Notes: generated from the sequence alone by a model not told the origin. Counted from the first letter of the stretch, positions 29,059 to 38,017 are shown. The stretch: 64,000 nt of DNA from Candidatus Moraniibacteriota bacterium (GCA_016699795.1 CP065011.1:78168-142167), one strand, 5' to 3'. Program-made: numbers and translations.

Positions 29059-29757
29059 CTATTTTTCTTCTTTAGGTGAAATCAATGATTGGAATTGTTC
29101 AACGAGTATTTCTACTGAGCGATCAAATGCCTCTTTGGGAGTCATCACACCGTCGGTTTCAATATCTAATCGAACTCTTTCATAATCCGTTCTCTTTCCG
29201 ACGCGAACGTTATCGACCGTAAAATTTACACGCTTTACTGGAGTAAAAATAGCATCAATAGCAATAACTCCAATTTCTTTTTCAGGACGATCTTGCTGTT
29301 CTACAGGAACATAGCCAAGTCCTTTACGAACTTCTATTTCCATTTCGAACTGAGCTTTTTTGTCTGTAAGTGTAGCGATTACCTGGTCAGGATTCACTAC
29401 CTTTATATCAGAGGTTACTTTTATATCACCGGCTGTAACAACCTTTTCACCTTTTACTTTAACAGAAACTTTTACACTTTCTTCTCCGAGTACTTGAAAA
29501 CGAACTCGTTTCATATTGAGAAGAATTTGTATAATATCTTCACGAACATGTTCGATAGTCGAGAATTCATGTTGAACTCCTGAGATTTTTATAGAAACTG
29601 CTGCGGCCCCCTCAAGAGAAGAAAGAAGCACTCGTCGAAGAGCGTTTCCTAATGTTGATCCGTAGCCAGGATAACACCCGACTATTTCCACGGATCCGCG
29701 GAATTGATCATCTTCATGGTACTCTACTTTCTGAGGTGGGAGAATGGCGTATTTCAT
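29059..29757 (-). CDS. rpoA: DNA-directed RNA polymerase alpha subunit, N-terminal (dimerisation/assembly) domain only, 232 aa
   Basis: GYGSTLGNALRRVLLSSLEGAAAVSIKISGVQHEFSTIEHVREDIIQILLNMKRVRF matches alpha-NTD. The ORF ends 28 nt before rplQ, so no linker or alpha-CTD is encoded here. Confidence 0.85.
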   Translation of the reverse strand: MKYAILPPQKVEYHEDDQFRGSVEIVGCYPGYGSTLGNALRRVLLSSLEGAAAVSIKISGVQHEFSTIEHVREDIIQILLNMKRVRFQVLGEESVKVSVKVKGEKVVTAGDIKVTSDIKVVNPDQVIATLTDKKAQFEMEIEVRKGLGYVPVEQQDRPEKEIGVIAIDAIFTPVKRVNFTVDNVRVGKRTDYERVRLDIETDGVMTPKEAFDRSVEILVEQFQSLISPKEEK

Positions 29758-29796
29758 GGTAATGGCATTTTAGAAAATTACGCGAAAAAATTATAT

Positions 29797-30432
29797 TTAC
29801 TTAGAATAAAATTCAACAACTAATTGAGGATTGAAATCACCTTCAATATGATCACGAGTTGGCTGAGCAAGAACAATTCCTTCCCATTTCGATTCATCAA
29901 AAACCAACCATCCGGGTGTATCATTCTGACGAGTTTTTCGAGCTTCCTTCAAAAGAGTAAGGTATTTTTTCTCAACATTTTCTTTTCTTATAGCAATCGT
30001 ATCACCTACTTTTATTCTACAAGAAGGAATATCTGTCTTTTTCCCATTAAGGAGAAAAAAACCATGACTAACAAGCTGACGAGCTTGTGCTCGAGAAGTA
30101 GAAAATCCGAGACGATATACAACATTATCAAAACGTTCTTCCAAACGCTGTAAAAGTAAATCACCAGTAATACCTTCTTTTCCTTGAACTTCAGCAAAAT
30201 GTCTTCGAAACTGAGCCTCTAGAACACCATAAGCTCGTTTAATCTTTTGCTTCATTGCAAGTTGACGCCCAAATTCACTTGGAGCCTTTCCTCTCGCTTG
30301 TCCATGCATACCTGGAGCATATGGACGTCTTACCATTGCACATTTTGGAGTAAGACAACGATCTCCTTTCAAAAAGAGTTTCTCTCCTGCTCGTCGACAC
30401 AATACACATTTGGAATTAAGTTCTCTCGCCAT
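29797..30432 (-). CDS. rpsD: 30S ribosomal protein S4
   Basis: MARELNSKCVLCRRAGEKLFLKGDRCLTPKCAMVRRPYAPGMHGQ... (zinc-ribbon S4 plus S4 RNA-binding domain). Confidence 0.9.
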   Translation of the reverse strand: MARELNSKCVLCRRAGEKLFLKGDRCLTPKCAMVRRPYAPGMHGQARGKAPSEFGRQLAMKQKIKRAYGVLEAQFRRHFAEVQGKEGITGDLLLQRLEERFDNVVYRLGFSTSRAQARQLVSHGFFLLNGKKTDIPSCRIKVGDTIAIRKENVEKKYLTLLKEARKTRQNDTPGWLVFDESKWEGIVLAQPTRDHIEGDFNPQLVVEFYSK

Positions 30433-30491
30433 ATACTCTAGGAATTCACGATTATATAATTCTCACACTTTTCAGGAAACACTATTTCTCA

Positions 30492-30992
30492 TTATACTCG
30501 ACGAGGTCGTCTAGGTCGACAACCATTGTGAGCTATTGGTGTAATATCTTTAATAGAAAGAATTTCGAATCCATTATTTGCCAAAGATCGTATAGCAGAT
30601 TCTCGTCCACTCCCGACACCTTTCACAAAAACTTCTATTTCCTTCAACTGATGCTTTCGAACTTTTTCAGTCACATCTGCTACTACTTGGGTAGCTGCAT
30701 AAGGCGTAGATTTCTTTGCCCCTTTAAAGCCCAAAAGCCCACTACTTGACCAAGAAAGAACACCCCCCTGAGCATCACTCAACATAACCATAGTATTATT
30801 GTATGTACATTGGATGTGAGCTTGTCCGCGTAAAACTTGACGCTTTCCTCTTTGCTTTTTGGAAAGAGGAGTTGTTGCAGAAACAGTATTCGAAACAGAA
30901 TCAATAACGGATTCCTTCTCAACAGCTTTCACTTCTGAAACTTCTTCTTTCAAAGCTTCTTTTTCGCTCGTTTTATTCTTCTCTTCGGTCAT
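30492..30992 (-). CDS. rpsK: 30S ribosomal protein S11 with ~45-aa Lys/Glu-rich N-terminal extension
   Basis: ...AHIQCTYNNTMVMLSDAQGGVLSWSSSGLLGFKGAKKSTPYAAT...PHNGCRPRRPRRV. The core is 120 aa. Confidence 0.9.
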   Translation of the reverse strand: MTEEKNKTSEKEALKEEVSEVKAVEKESVIDSVSNTVSATTPLSKKQRGKRQVLRGQAHIQCTYNNTMVMLSDAQGGVLSWSSSGLLGFKGAKKSTPYAATQVVADVTEKVRKHQLKEIEVFVKGVGSGRESAIRSLANNGFEILSIKDITPIAHNGCRPRRPRRV

Positions 30993-31043
30993 AAAAACAT
31001 ATCAATTACAAAAATATATCGGGCACTTGGAATTTAAAATCTT

Positions 31044-31433
31044 TTATGTCTTTTCAGACGCTGATCTTCGACCACTACCCATTGTTCTTCGGACATTACC
31101 CCTAACTGTTCTTGTATTCGTCTTCGTTCTTTGTCCCCGAACAGGAAGCCCTTTTGAATGGCGCATACCTCGATATGATCCGATTTCTTTCAAACGACGA
31201 ATATTCATCTTTATTTCATGACGCAAATCACCCTCTACACGATGTTGTTTTTCTACAACATCTCTAAGTCGATTCACATCCTCTTCTGAAACATCTTTCA
31301 TTCTTGTGTCGGGATTTATACCAAGTTCAGCTAAAATTTTCTGACTTGTTGGAAGACCTATTCCATATACATAGGTAAGAGAAATTTCCACTCTCTTTTT
31401 ATCCGGCAAAGTTACTCCAGCAATACGAGCCAT
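31044..31433 (-). CDS. rpsM: 30S ribosomal protein S13
   Basis: [34 protein letters not shown]... Confidence 0.9.
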   Translation of the reverse strand: MARIAGVTLPDKKRVEISLTYVYGIGLPTSQKILAELGINPDTRMKDVSEEDVNRLRDVVEKQHRVEGDLRHEIKMNIRRLKEIGSYRGMRHSKGLPVRGQRTKTNTRTVRGNVRRTMGSGRRSASEKT

Positions 31434-31474
31434 ATAGTTTATTAAGTAAGATTATCCTTTATTCTTTAAAATTC

Positions 31475-31588
31475 TTAACCTTGTCTTTGCTTATGCTTTG
31501 GAGTTATGCAAATAACATAAACACGTCCGCGTCTTCGAACAACTTTACAACGATCACATATTTTTTTCACAGATGCGCGAACCTTCAT
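31475..31588 (-). CDS. rpmJ: 50S ribosomal protein L36 (37 aa; missing from the ORF track because it is under 60 aa)
   Basis: Minus-strand ATG at 31586-31588. Translation [37 protein letters not shown], stop TAA at 31475-31477. C-x2-C-x12-C-x4-H zinc ribbon identical in pattern to bacterial L36. Confidence 0.85.
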   Translation of the reverse strand: MKVRASVKKICDRCKVVRRRGRVYVICITPKHKQRQG

Positions 31589-31600
31589 ATATAATAATCA

Positions 31601-31819
31601 TTACAATCGTCTAGTAATTCTTCCTTTAGAGAGGTCATATGGACTCAGTTCTATAAGAACTTTGTCACCTGGCAATAATCTAATGTAATGCACTCTCATT
31701 TTTCCTGAAATATGAGCGAGAACCTCATGATCATTTTCGAGTTTTACACGAAACGTCGTACTCGGTAATGTCTCTAAAACAGTACCTTCTAAGACGATAA
31801 CGTCTTTTTTTTCTCCCAT
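31601..31819 (-). CDS. infA: Translation initiation factor IF-1
   Basis: [71 protein letters not shown]. Confidence 0.9.
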   Translation of the reverse strand: MGEKKDVIVLEGTVLETLPSTTFRVKLENDHEVLAHISGKMRVHYIRLLPGDKVLIELSPYDLSKGRITRRL

Positions 31820-31855
31820 AGGGTGGTAAAAAATTGATTCTTCAATAACAAAAAA

Positions 31856-31886
31856 TGAAACCGTGTGTGTTTCATCGAATTTTTTT
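31856..31886. terminator. Hairpin + T-run in the infA 5' leader (candidate attenuator/terminator, works on both strands)
   Basis: tgaaac-cgtgtgt-gtttca, then tcgaa and ttttttt on plus. On minus the same stem is followed by uuuuuug. Sits between the putative infA promoter (~31959-31987) and the infA start. Confidence 0.3.
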
Positions 31887-31958
31887 CTCCGATGAATCTG
31901 AACTCGCTTTTTTTAAAAAAAATAGGCACTTCAGCGCATATATTCAAAGCGTATGTAC

Positions 31959-31987
31959 ACCTTAGACCGTACAAAAAGTTTTGTCAA
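31959..31987 (-). promoter_or_regulatory. Candidate promoter for the infA-rpsI ribosomal operon
   Basis: Minus strand TTGACA (complement of 31982-31987), 17-nt spacer, TAAGGT (weak -10). Leader ~135 nt. Confidence 0.25.
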
Positions 31988-32019
31988 GACCTACAGAGTT
32001 AACAGGAATAGGTAACACT

Positions 32020-32028
32020 TGGTATACT
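32020..32028 (+). promoter_or_regulatory. Extended -10 promoter (TGgTATACT) reading rightward into the 32040-32470 unassigned region
   Basis: ttggtatact is TG-n-TATACT. Possible -35 TTAACA 19 nt upstream. Divergent from the infA promoter. Confidence 0.35.
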
Positions 32029-32192
32029 ATGAGGTGACACCATTAACTATGAAAAAGAGTATTACCAATTTCGATAAGTTATATTCGAAAAAGAAAGTGT
32101 TTTATAACAATACAAAGATGGATAAAAAAAGAAAAAAGAGCATTATTAAAAAATTCAACAATGCTCTTTAGATAAAGATACTCTCCGTCTAT

Positions 32193-32218
32193 AGATATAG
32201 ACTTTAGATATAGACTTT
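32193..32218. repeat. 13-bp perfect tandem duplication (agatatagacttt x2) flanked by gtctat direct repeats
   Basis: gtctat-[agatatagacttt][agatatagacttt]-gtctat at 32187-32224. Also forms the partial palindrome gtctatagatatagac. Confidence 0.8.
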
Positions 32219-32223
32219 GTCTA

Positions 32224-32406
32224 TTATTTAATCTTATTCTCTTCCCTTAACTTTACGACTCCTAGATAACACGCTTCCTCGCAATCAGGGGCTCCACTAT
32301 GCCAGCCCTGACGCTCTCGGACCTTACAGCCAGAGCCACCAAGGAAATAACAAAGTTTCCTCTGCAAAGATTTGAGCTTTGCTTTTTCATTTCCTCTCTT
32401 CTTCAA
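32224..32406 (-). CDS. Possible small Cys4 protein (60 aa) in GC-richer patch. Coding status uncertain; alternatively a structured RNA
   Basis: ORF MKKRGNEKAKLKSLQRKLCYFLGGSGCKVRERQGWHSGAPDCEEACYLGVVKLREENKIK with AAGGAG 7 nt upstream of the ATG. C-x7-C...C-x3-C spacing. Local GC is clearly above the surrounding intergenic DNA. Confidence 0.3.
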   Translation of the reverse strand: MKKRGNEKAKLKSLQRKLCYFLGGSGCKVRERQGWHSGAPDCEEACYLGVVKLREENKIK

Positions 32407-32474
32407 TTTTTTTCTCCTTTTTTAAAGCTCTTTAACCCATTCAAAGAACTTATTCAATAAATACATTATTTTTA

Positions 32475-33629
32475 CTATTTTGTCAATACTAATTTTACTT
32501 CTTGAGCACATTTCCTCCAAGAATATTTCATAGAAACTTTCTTGGCTCTCAATATGATTTCTTCTCGCAATACCTTATCTTCCAATATCTCATTTAATGC
32601 TAAAGAGATTTCTTCAGGTCGAAAGGGGTCTACATAGAGAGCACCTTCTCTTGCAATCTCTCCAAGAGATGAGGAAGATGATGTGATAACTGGAACACCA
32701 CATTTCATTGCCTCTACTACCGGAAAACCAAAACCTTCGTACAAAGAAGGATAAAGAAATACAGTTGCTAAATTATAAAGTTTTTTCTTATCATCTTCAC
32801 AAATAAAACCTATGCGTCGAATATCTTTTTTGTATGGACTATCCTCAATTTCTTTTAGCATCTCCTCTTCTCTCCATCCCGAAGAGCCTGCAAGAATAAG
32901 TTGTACGGGAATGTCTTTTTTTATTTTTACACGTGATCTTCTATATGCGGTATATCCCCGAACAATAGCTTTTATATTTTTCCTCGGTTCAAATGTCCCC
33001 ATGTAAAGAATAAAACGATAAGGAAGTTTTAATTTATCCTTAAAAGTCAATAGATCCAAGTCATTTCGATTCATGATGCCATAGTTATTGGAAATTCCAC
33101 TATGAATAACATCTATCTTTTCTTCTTTTATTCCATAAAAACGAATAATATCATTTTTCGTTGAGTGAGAAACCGCGATTAAATTATTGGCTCGGAAAAA
33201 GAGCTGTCGTGGATTTACAAAAATATGCCACAGTCTTCGTTTTAAAGAAAAGGTTTGAGGATAAATATCAAAAGAAACATCATGAACAGTCAAAACGAAA
33301 CGGCATTTTGGTGAAACTGAAATAAATCCTAAATTTGGAGCAAAAAAAATATCTACCCCACCCATGAAAATATCTAAATACGGTCTTCGAAAATACCAAA
33401 GACAAAAATTAAGGATTTTATTGGGTATTTTTTTTCGACAAATGGTAACATTTTTATATTTTTCTACCCATGAAAAATCTGGGATATTTTGAAAAAAAGC
33501 ATTAAAAAAAAGAACAAATGTGTGCTCGGGTGATGATTCCACGAGTCTTGTTATCACATTTCGAGCATATTCTTCAACTCCTGTACACCTTCCTCCAGTA
33601 AAACACCGCGCATCAATTCCGATTTTCAT
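32475..33629 (-). CDS. Glycosyltransferase family 4
   Basis: MKIGIDARCF... N-terminus, and EGFGFPVVEAMKCGVPVITSSSSSLGEIA, the donor-binding motif of GT4. Confidence 0.7.
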   Translation of the reverse strand: MKIGIDARCFTGGRCTGVEEYARNVITRLVESSPEHTFVLFFNAFFQNIPDFSWVEKYKNVTICRKKIPNKILNFCLWYFRRPYLDIFMGGVDIFFAPNLGFISVSPKCRFVLTVHDVSFDIYPQTFSLKRRLWHIFVNPRQLFFRANNLIAVSHSTKNDIIRFYGIKEEKIDVIHSGISNNYGIMNRNDLDLLTFKDKLKLPYRFILYMGTFEPRKNIKAIVRGYTAYRRSRVKIKKDIPVQLILAGSSGWREEEMLKEIEDSPYKKDIRRIGFICEDDKKKLYNLATVFLYPSLYEGFGFPVVEAMKCGVPVITSSSSSLGEIAREGALYVDPFRPEEISLALNEILEDKVLREEIILRAKKVSMKYSWRKCAQEVKLVLTK

Positions 33630-33693
33630 ATTCTATGCTCTTATTATCATACGGCTATAAATCTCTTTTCTAGAAATACTGTCTTGAAAAAAT

Positions 33694-34311
33694 CTAACTT
33701 TCAAAATGAGTTCGGATACCAACACCCCACAACCCAAAAACAATTCCCACAGCCAACGCTCCCAAAAGTACTCGAGTCCATGGTATATGATAAGGGTATG
33801 TTATCGGCTTTTCTACAACAACTCGAAACCATGTAATATTTTTTTTAGACTCGTCAATATTTAGATTTGCCGTTCTCTCATTAAGAACTTTCTCTAAAGA
33901 AGTTGCAAGATCTTGGGCTATCTTCTCTGTTGCGGTAGTATATCGAACTTCTATGTATTGAGAAGAAAGACGCTTTGCTGAAAAAATCTTTGGCAATTCA
34001 TATTCCGCTGGCATAACAACACTTCTACCAATTCCAGAATAAATATCAGCAACAATACTTGGTGAAGCAAGCCAACGAACGAGCGTGTCAGCAAAACGCT
34101 CATCCGCTTGAAGCCTATAAAAGTCATCATAGTGATATTCTTCCGCCTGAGTTTCATTATGAACTCTACCCACATGAAGAGAAAGAACGGTTGTGTATCG
34201 AACTGGTTGCAAAAGAAGGAAAAGTACAACTATCCCCACTGTGGAAGCTACTATCAAAAAAAACATAAAATGATATTTTTTTAATTTAGCAATAAATTCT
34301 TTCAGTTCCAT
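33694..34311 (-). CDS. Polysaccharide co-polymerase (Wzz-like) family protein
   Basis: 205 aa. N-terminal TM, soluble domain, Pro-rich KPITYPYHIPWTRV, then C-terminal TM (LLGALAVGIVFGLWGVGI). Confidence 0.4.
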   Translation of the reverse strand: MELKEFIAKLKKYHFMFFLIVASTVGIVVLFLLLQPVRYTTVLSLHVGRVHNETQAEEYHYDDFYRLQADERFADTLVRWLASPSIVADIYSGIGRSVVMPAEYELPKIFSAKRLSSQYIEVRYTTATEKIAQDLATSLEKVLNERTANLNIDESKKNITWFRVVVEKPITYPYHIPWTRVLLGALAVGIVFGLWGVGIRTHFES

Positions 34312-34322
34312 ACAATATTCCT

Positions 34323-36623
34323 TTACTTTATAAAATTTCCATCTTTTTTCATTTGATCGAGTCGAACTGAAAGGATTTGTGAAACACCATCCTCCATAGT
34401 AACTCCATAAAGAACATCCGCTTTTTGCATAGTTTCTCGATTGTGAGTAATAACAATAAACTGAGTTCGCGACGAAAGAGTTCTTAATAAATTTCCAAAA
34501 CGCTTTGAGTTCGTTTCATCCAAAGAAGCCTCAACTTCATCAAGAAAGACAAAGGGTGGTGGATTATAAGAAATAATTGCAAAAAGAAGAGCCAAAGAAA
34601 CTAAAGATCTCTCTCCCCCAGAAAGAACGCCCAATTGATCTATTTTTTTCTTAGGAGGTTTTACAATGATATCGACACCCCACTTTGCATATTTTCTTTC
34701 ATTTATCAAAACTTCATCATATTCATCATAGAATTTATCCTCTTCCTCTTCTTGATCTTCAGAGAATTCTTTTACCTTTTCCAAACTTGCCGTACCACCA
34801 TCAAACATTAATGTAAAATATTTTCCAAATTCTTGATTTATTTTCTCAAAAGCTTCTGAAAAATCTTTCTCTATTCGAATATTCATTTCACGTATTACTT
34901 TTTCCAAAGAAATAACAGCTTGCTCAAGATCATTATGTTCACGAACAAGAAAAGAATATCGTTCATTAGTTTCTGAGTATTCCTGTGCAATCATAGGATC
35001 TATACCCCCTATCATAGCTAATTGAGATTTAAGTCTCTCTATAAAGCGAAATGTTTCATCATTCGCCTGTATATCTTCCCCAATTTCAAGAGCGAGCGAT
35101 TTTGGATCTCGACCCAGTTCTGATTGAATTTCCCTTTCTAAATCTTCTTTTCTGATTTCACATCGAGTAAAAGCAATTTTTTTCTCGTTAAAAGATTTTC
35201 TTACTTGATAAAGATTCTCCCGAATATTAACTATTTCTTTTTCGAGGGAAAAATAAAGAGTACTTGCATTTTTCGTATCTGCCTCCAAAAGAAGAATTTC
35301 TTTTTCTTTTTTAAGAATTTCTTTTTCTTTTTTAAGAATTTCTCTAGAAAATTCTTGAACCTGTTCTTCTCCTTTTTGAATCTTTTCCTCAAAAAATTTC
35401 CTTTCTTTTTCTAAAATTTCTTTTTCTCTTCCAATTCGAACCGTTGATTGAGCACAATCTTCATAAAGAGAATCTATTTCTTCAAGAAAATTATCAAGAA
35501 ACTTTTTTCTCTCTTCCAAAGAAACTTTTTTTTCTCTTCCAAAGATTATATTCATTTCTTGAAAAGATTTTTTGAGACTCAAAAGTCGCTTCCTCACAAA
35601 AGGAAGATCCACAGGAATGACATCAAAAATTCTCTGATGATTCTTTCTTTCTTTTTCAACATCGATCATTCCCTGACATTGAGATCTCTTTCTTTCAAAT
35701 TCGGAAATTTCTCTTCTTAATAATGCGATCTTTTTTTGAAGTAAATTACTCTGAGAAGTTTCTTGCATTTTGTTTGAAACCGAACTTTGTTGAGAAATAT
35801 ATTTTTGTAATTTTTGTTCCAATACATTCTCCTCCTTTTCTAAAATTAAAAGTATAGATTGAAATTCTTCATATTCACAAGAAAATCTTTTCCACAAAAC
35901 TCTATAATAGGATGATTGGATAATACGAAGTTGATCTTCAATTTCTCTTCTTTGTTCAGCACGTTTTGATTGACGTTTCAAAATACGCAATCTCGGTTCT
36001 ATTTCTTCAATAAGCTTCCCTGTTATAAGAAGATTTTCTCTTGTTGTTATAAGTCTTTTTATCGAACGGTCCCGTTTTATTTGATAAGGTTTCACACCAG
36101 CAGCTTCTTCTAAAATACTTCTTCGCTCCATCGATGAAGCTGATAATATTGCATCAGACATCCCTTGGTTAAGAACGCATTGACTTTCTTTTCCAATACC
36201 GATAGAAGCAAAAAGGTCAATAACATCTAAAAGTCTAACTTGCGTTCCATTTATAAGATATTCTCCTTCTCCGCTTTTATAAATCTTTCTTGTTACCAAA
36301 ACATCCTGATAATCAACATCCATCTTTTTGTCTGAATTATCAAAGACAAGAGTTACTGTTCCAGAGCTCATCATTGATCTCTTTTTCGAACCAGAGAAGA
36401 TAACATCATGGGATTTTTTTGCACGAAGACTTTTTGTAGATTGTTCACCCATAACCCAGCGAAGAGCATCTACAATATTTGATTTTCCAGAACCATTCGG
36501 ACCCACAATAGCTGTCACACCAATACGATCAGGATCTCGATCTTTTTGTAAAACACAAAAAAAGAGCTCTGTTTTAGTAGCAAAAGATTTAAAACCATTT
36601 AAAATTATTTTTTGTAAATACAT
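34323..36623 (-). CDS. smc: SMC-family chromosome segregation ATPase, short form (766 aa, no obvious hinge)
   Basis: N-terminus KIILNGFKSFATKT...IVGPNGSGKSNIVDALRWVMGEQS (SMC head, Walker A). C-terminus LSGGERSLVSLALLFAI...FLDEVEASLD (signature plus Walker B). Long coiled coil between. Much shorter than canonical ~1150-aa SMC. Confidence 0.65.
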   Translation of the reverse strand: MYLQKIILNGFKSFATKTELFFCVLQKDRDPDRIGVTAIVGPNGSGKSNIVDALRWVMGEQSTKSLRAKKSHDVIFSGSKKRSMMSSGTVTLVFDNSDKKMDVDYQDVLVTRKIYKSGEGEYLINGTQVRLLDVIDLFASIGIGKESQCVLNQGMSDAILSASSMERRSILEEAAGVKPYQIKRDRSIKRLITTRENLLITGKLIEEIEPRLRILKRQSKRAEQRREIEDQLRIIQSSYYRVLWKRFSCEYEEFQSILLILEKEENVLEQKLQKYISQQSSVSNKMQETSQSNLLQKKIALLRREISEFERKRSQCQGMIDVEKERKNHQRIFDVIPVDLPFVRKRLLSLKKSFQEMNIIFGREKKVSLEERKKFLDNFLEEIDSLYEDCAQSTVRIGREKEILEKERKFFEEKIQKGEEQVQEFSREILKKEKEILKKEKEILLLEADTKNASTLYFSLEKEIVNIRENLYQVRKSFNEKKIAFTRCEIRKEDLEREIQSELGRDPKSLALEIGEDIQANDETFRFIERLKSQLAMIGGIDPMIAQEYSETNERYSFLVREHNDLEQAVISLEKVIREMNIRIEKDFSEAFEKINQEFGKYFTLMFDGGTASLEKVKEFSEDQEEEEDKFYDEYDEVLINERKYAKWGVDIIVKPPKKKIDQLGVLSGGERSLVSLALLFAIISYNPPPFVFLDEVEASLDETNSKRFGNLLRTLSSRTQFIVITHNRETMQKADVLYGVTMEDGVSQILSVRLDQMKKDGNFIK
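35295..35336. repeat. Perfect 21-bp tandem duplication inside smc coiled-coil region
   Basis: aatttctttttcttttttaag x2 (35295-35315, 35316-35336). Encodes KEKEILK-KEKEILK. Confidence 0.85.
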
Positions 36624-36699
36624 ATATCTGAGAGTGATCTTTTCATTTCAAACAAAAGTAACACATTCCGCACCTCTCCGACAATAATACTTCATTTCT

Positions 36700-37395
36700 T
36701 TAAAGCCATGACTTTTTCTCCAAAGCTAATCGAGCGGCATTTCGTTGCGCTTCTTGTTTTGAAGGGCCCGCCCCTTCAGCAATAAGTTCATTTCCGAGAT
36801 AAGCACCCACGACAAAAACCCGATCATGATCCGGTCCATTGGAAGAAAGTTCTTTATACGTGGGAGTTATACCCACTATTTCTTGAGCTTTTTCTTGGAA
36901 ATAACTTTTTGAATCTAAATAGAGCTTTTTTTCTAAAACTTCAGCCAAACGAGATATGATAAAACGTTCAACGAATTTTTTCGCCTCTTCATAACCCTTG
37001 TCTAAATAAATAGCTCCGATTATGGCTTCCACAGCATTAGCAAGAATGTATTGTCGCGCTCGACCAACATCCCTTGCTTCCCCTCTACTCATAAGAAGTT
37101 GGGGCTCTATATTAAGACTATTAGCAACACTTGATAACATTTCACCACAAACCAAAGCAGCTCTCCAAGAAGTCATTTCTCCTTCAGGATTCGGATAGGT
37201 ATCATATAAATATCTCGTCACTACTAACTCTAAGACAGCATCCCCCAAAAATTCCAATCGTTCATTATGATCAAGCGCATACGAACGATTCTCGTTAAGG
37301 TATGATCGGTGAGTAACTGCTTGTTGATAAAGGTCAATATTATTTGGTTCTACACCAAAAGATTCAAAATAAACAAGTATATCTTTCTTTGTCAT
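36700..37395 (-). CDS. rnc: Ribonuclease III
   Basis: ERLEFLGDAVLELVVTRYLY (RNase III signature), with C-terminal dsRBD. Start taken at MTKKDILVYFESFG (the track ORF extends 18 codons further). Confidence 0.85.
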   Translation of the reverse strand: MTKKDILVYFESFGVEPNNIDLYQQAVTHRSYLNENRSYALDHNERLEFLGDAVLELVVTRYLYDTYPNPEGEMTSWRAALVCGEMLSSVANSLNIEPQLLMSRGEARDVGRARQYILANAVEAIIGAIYLDKGYEEAKKFVERFIISRLAEVLEKKLYLDSKSYFQEKAQEIVGITPTYKELSSNGPDHDRVFVVGAYLGNELIAEGAGPSKQEAQRNAARLALEKKSWL

Positions 37396-37486
37396 AACTA
37401 AAAAGTTTCTCAGCTCGCGCTTGATTTCCATGCGCCAACAGATAAACAAATGTTTTTCAAAAAAAATTGATTAAAAAACTTTTCTT

Positions 37487-38017
37487 TTATTCACTCTCTT
37501 CTTTTTGTAAAGGATCTTCCGATTTAATAGTAAAGATACCTTTTTTTTCAAGTCTTTCTCTGTTCTTTTGAGAATCATCGTCTTTCATAGGCTCTCCCAT
37601 TTCTCGATATATTGTTCCCAAAACGCCATTTACAAAACGAAATGAACTATCCCCTCCAAATGTCTTAGCTAATTCTATAGATTCATTTATAGCAACTTTA
37701 GGTGGAACTTCTTCATAATTTCCAAATAGCAATTCATAAATACCCAAACGAAGAATCGCCCTATCAACAGCCGCAATCTTTTCAACTGGCCATTCAGGTG
37801 CGCATTTAGATATAAATACGTCGATTTGAGAAATATTTTCAATAACTCCAAAAACAATTCTTCCTGCAAGATCTGAATCTTCTACGCCAGGAGCGAATTG
37901 TTCAACATTTCGACTCAAAATGGATTTCATTTCACGATTCTTTCCTAGCAAAGCATAAAAATCCCATTCAAAGAGAGATTGCATTGCTAAGGATCGTTGG
38001 AGATGGCGATTTGCCAT
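37487..38017 (-). CDS. nusB: Transcription antitermination factor NusB
   Basis: [17 protein letters not shown]...[17 protein letters not shown]... is NusB helical-fold conservation. C-terminal ~35-aa extension. Confidence 0.8.
   Translation of the reverse strand: MANRHLQRSLAMQSLFEWDFYALLGKNREMKSILSRNVEQFAPGVEDSDLAGRIVFGVIENISQIDVFISKCAPEWPVEKIAAVDRAILRLGIYELLFGNYEEVPPKVAINESIELAKTFGGDSSFRFVNGVLGTIYREMGEPMKDDDSQKNRERLEKKGIFTIKSEDPLQKEESE

Noticed and set aside
32258-32345. SRP (4.5S) RNA in the GC-rich patch
   Set aside because: Only a 7-nt AGGUCCG match to domain IV. The expected GGAA/GNRA tetraloop helix and the AGCAG internal loop cannot be formed convincingly. Kept only as a low-confidence alternative in the findings.
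31820-32474. tmRNA or RNase P RNA in the infA-upstream region
   Set aside because: No tRNA-like 3' end (GGUUCGAnUCC) and no tag-peptide ORF. No P4 or CR-I/CR-V motifs (AGGAAAGUCCGGGCUCC and ACAGAAnnCGGCUUA are absent).
35205-35720. Plus-strand ORFs inside smc (35205-35414, 35448-35720) and similar antisense ORFs inside other long minus-strand genes
   Set aside because: They are low-complexity F/K-rich translations of the antisense of A/G-rich coding repeats. Treated as spurious.
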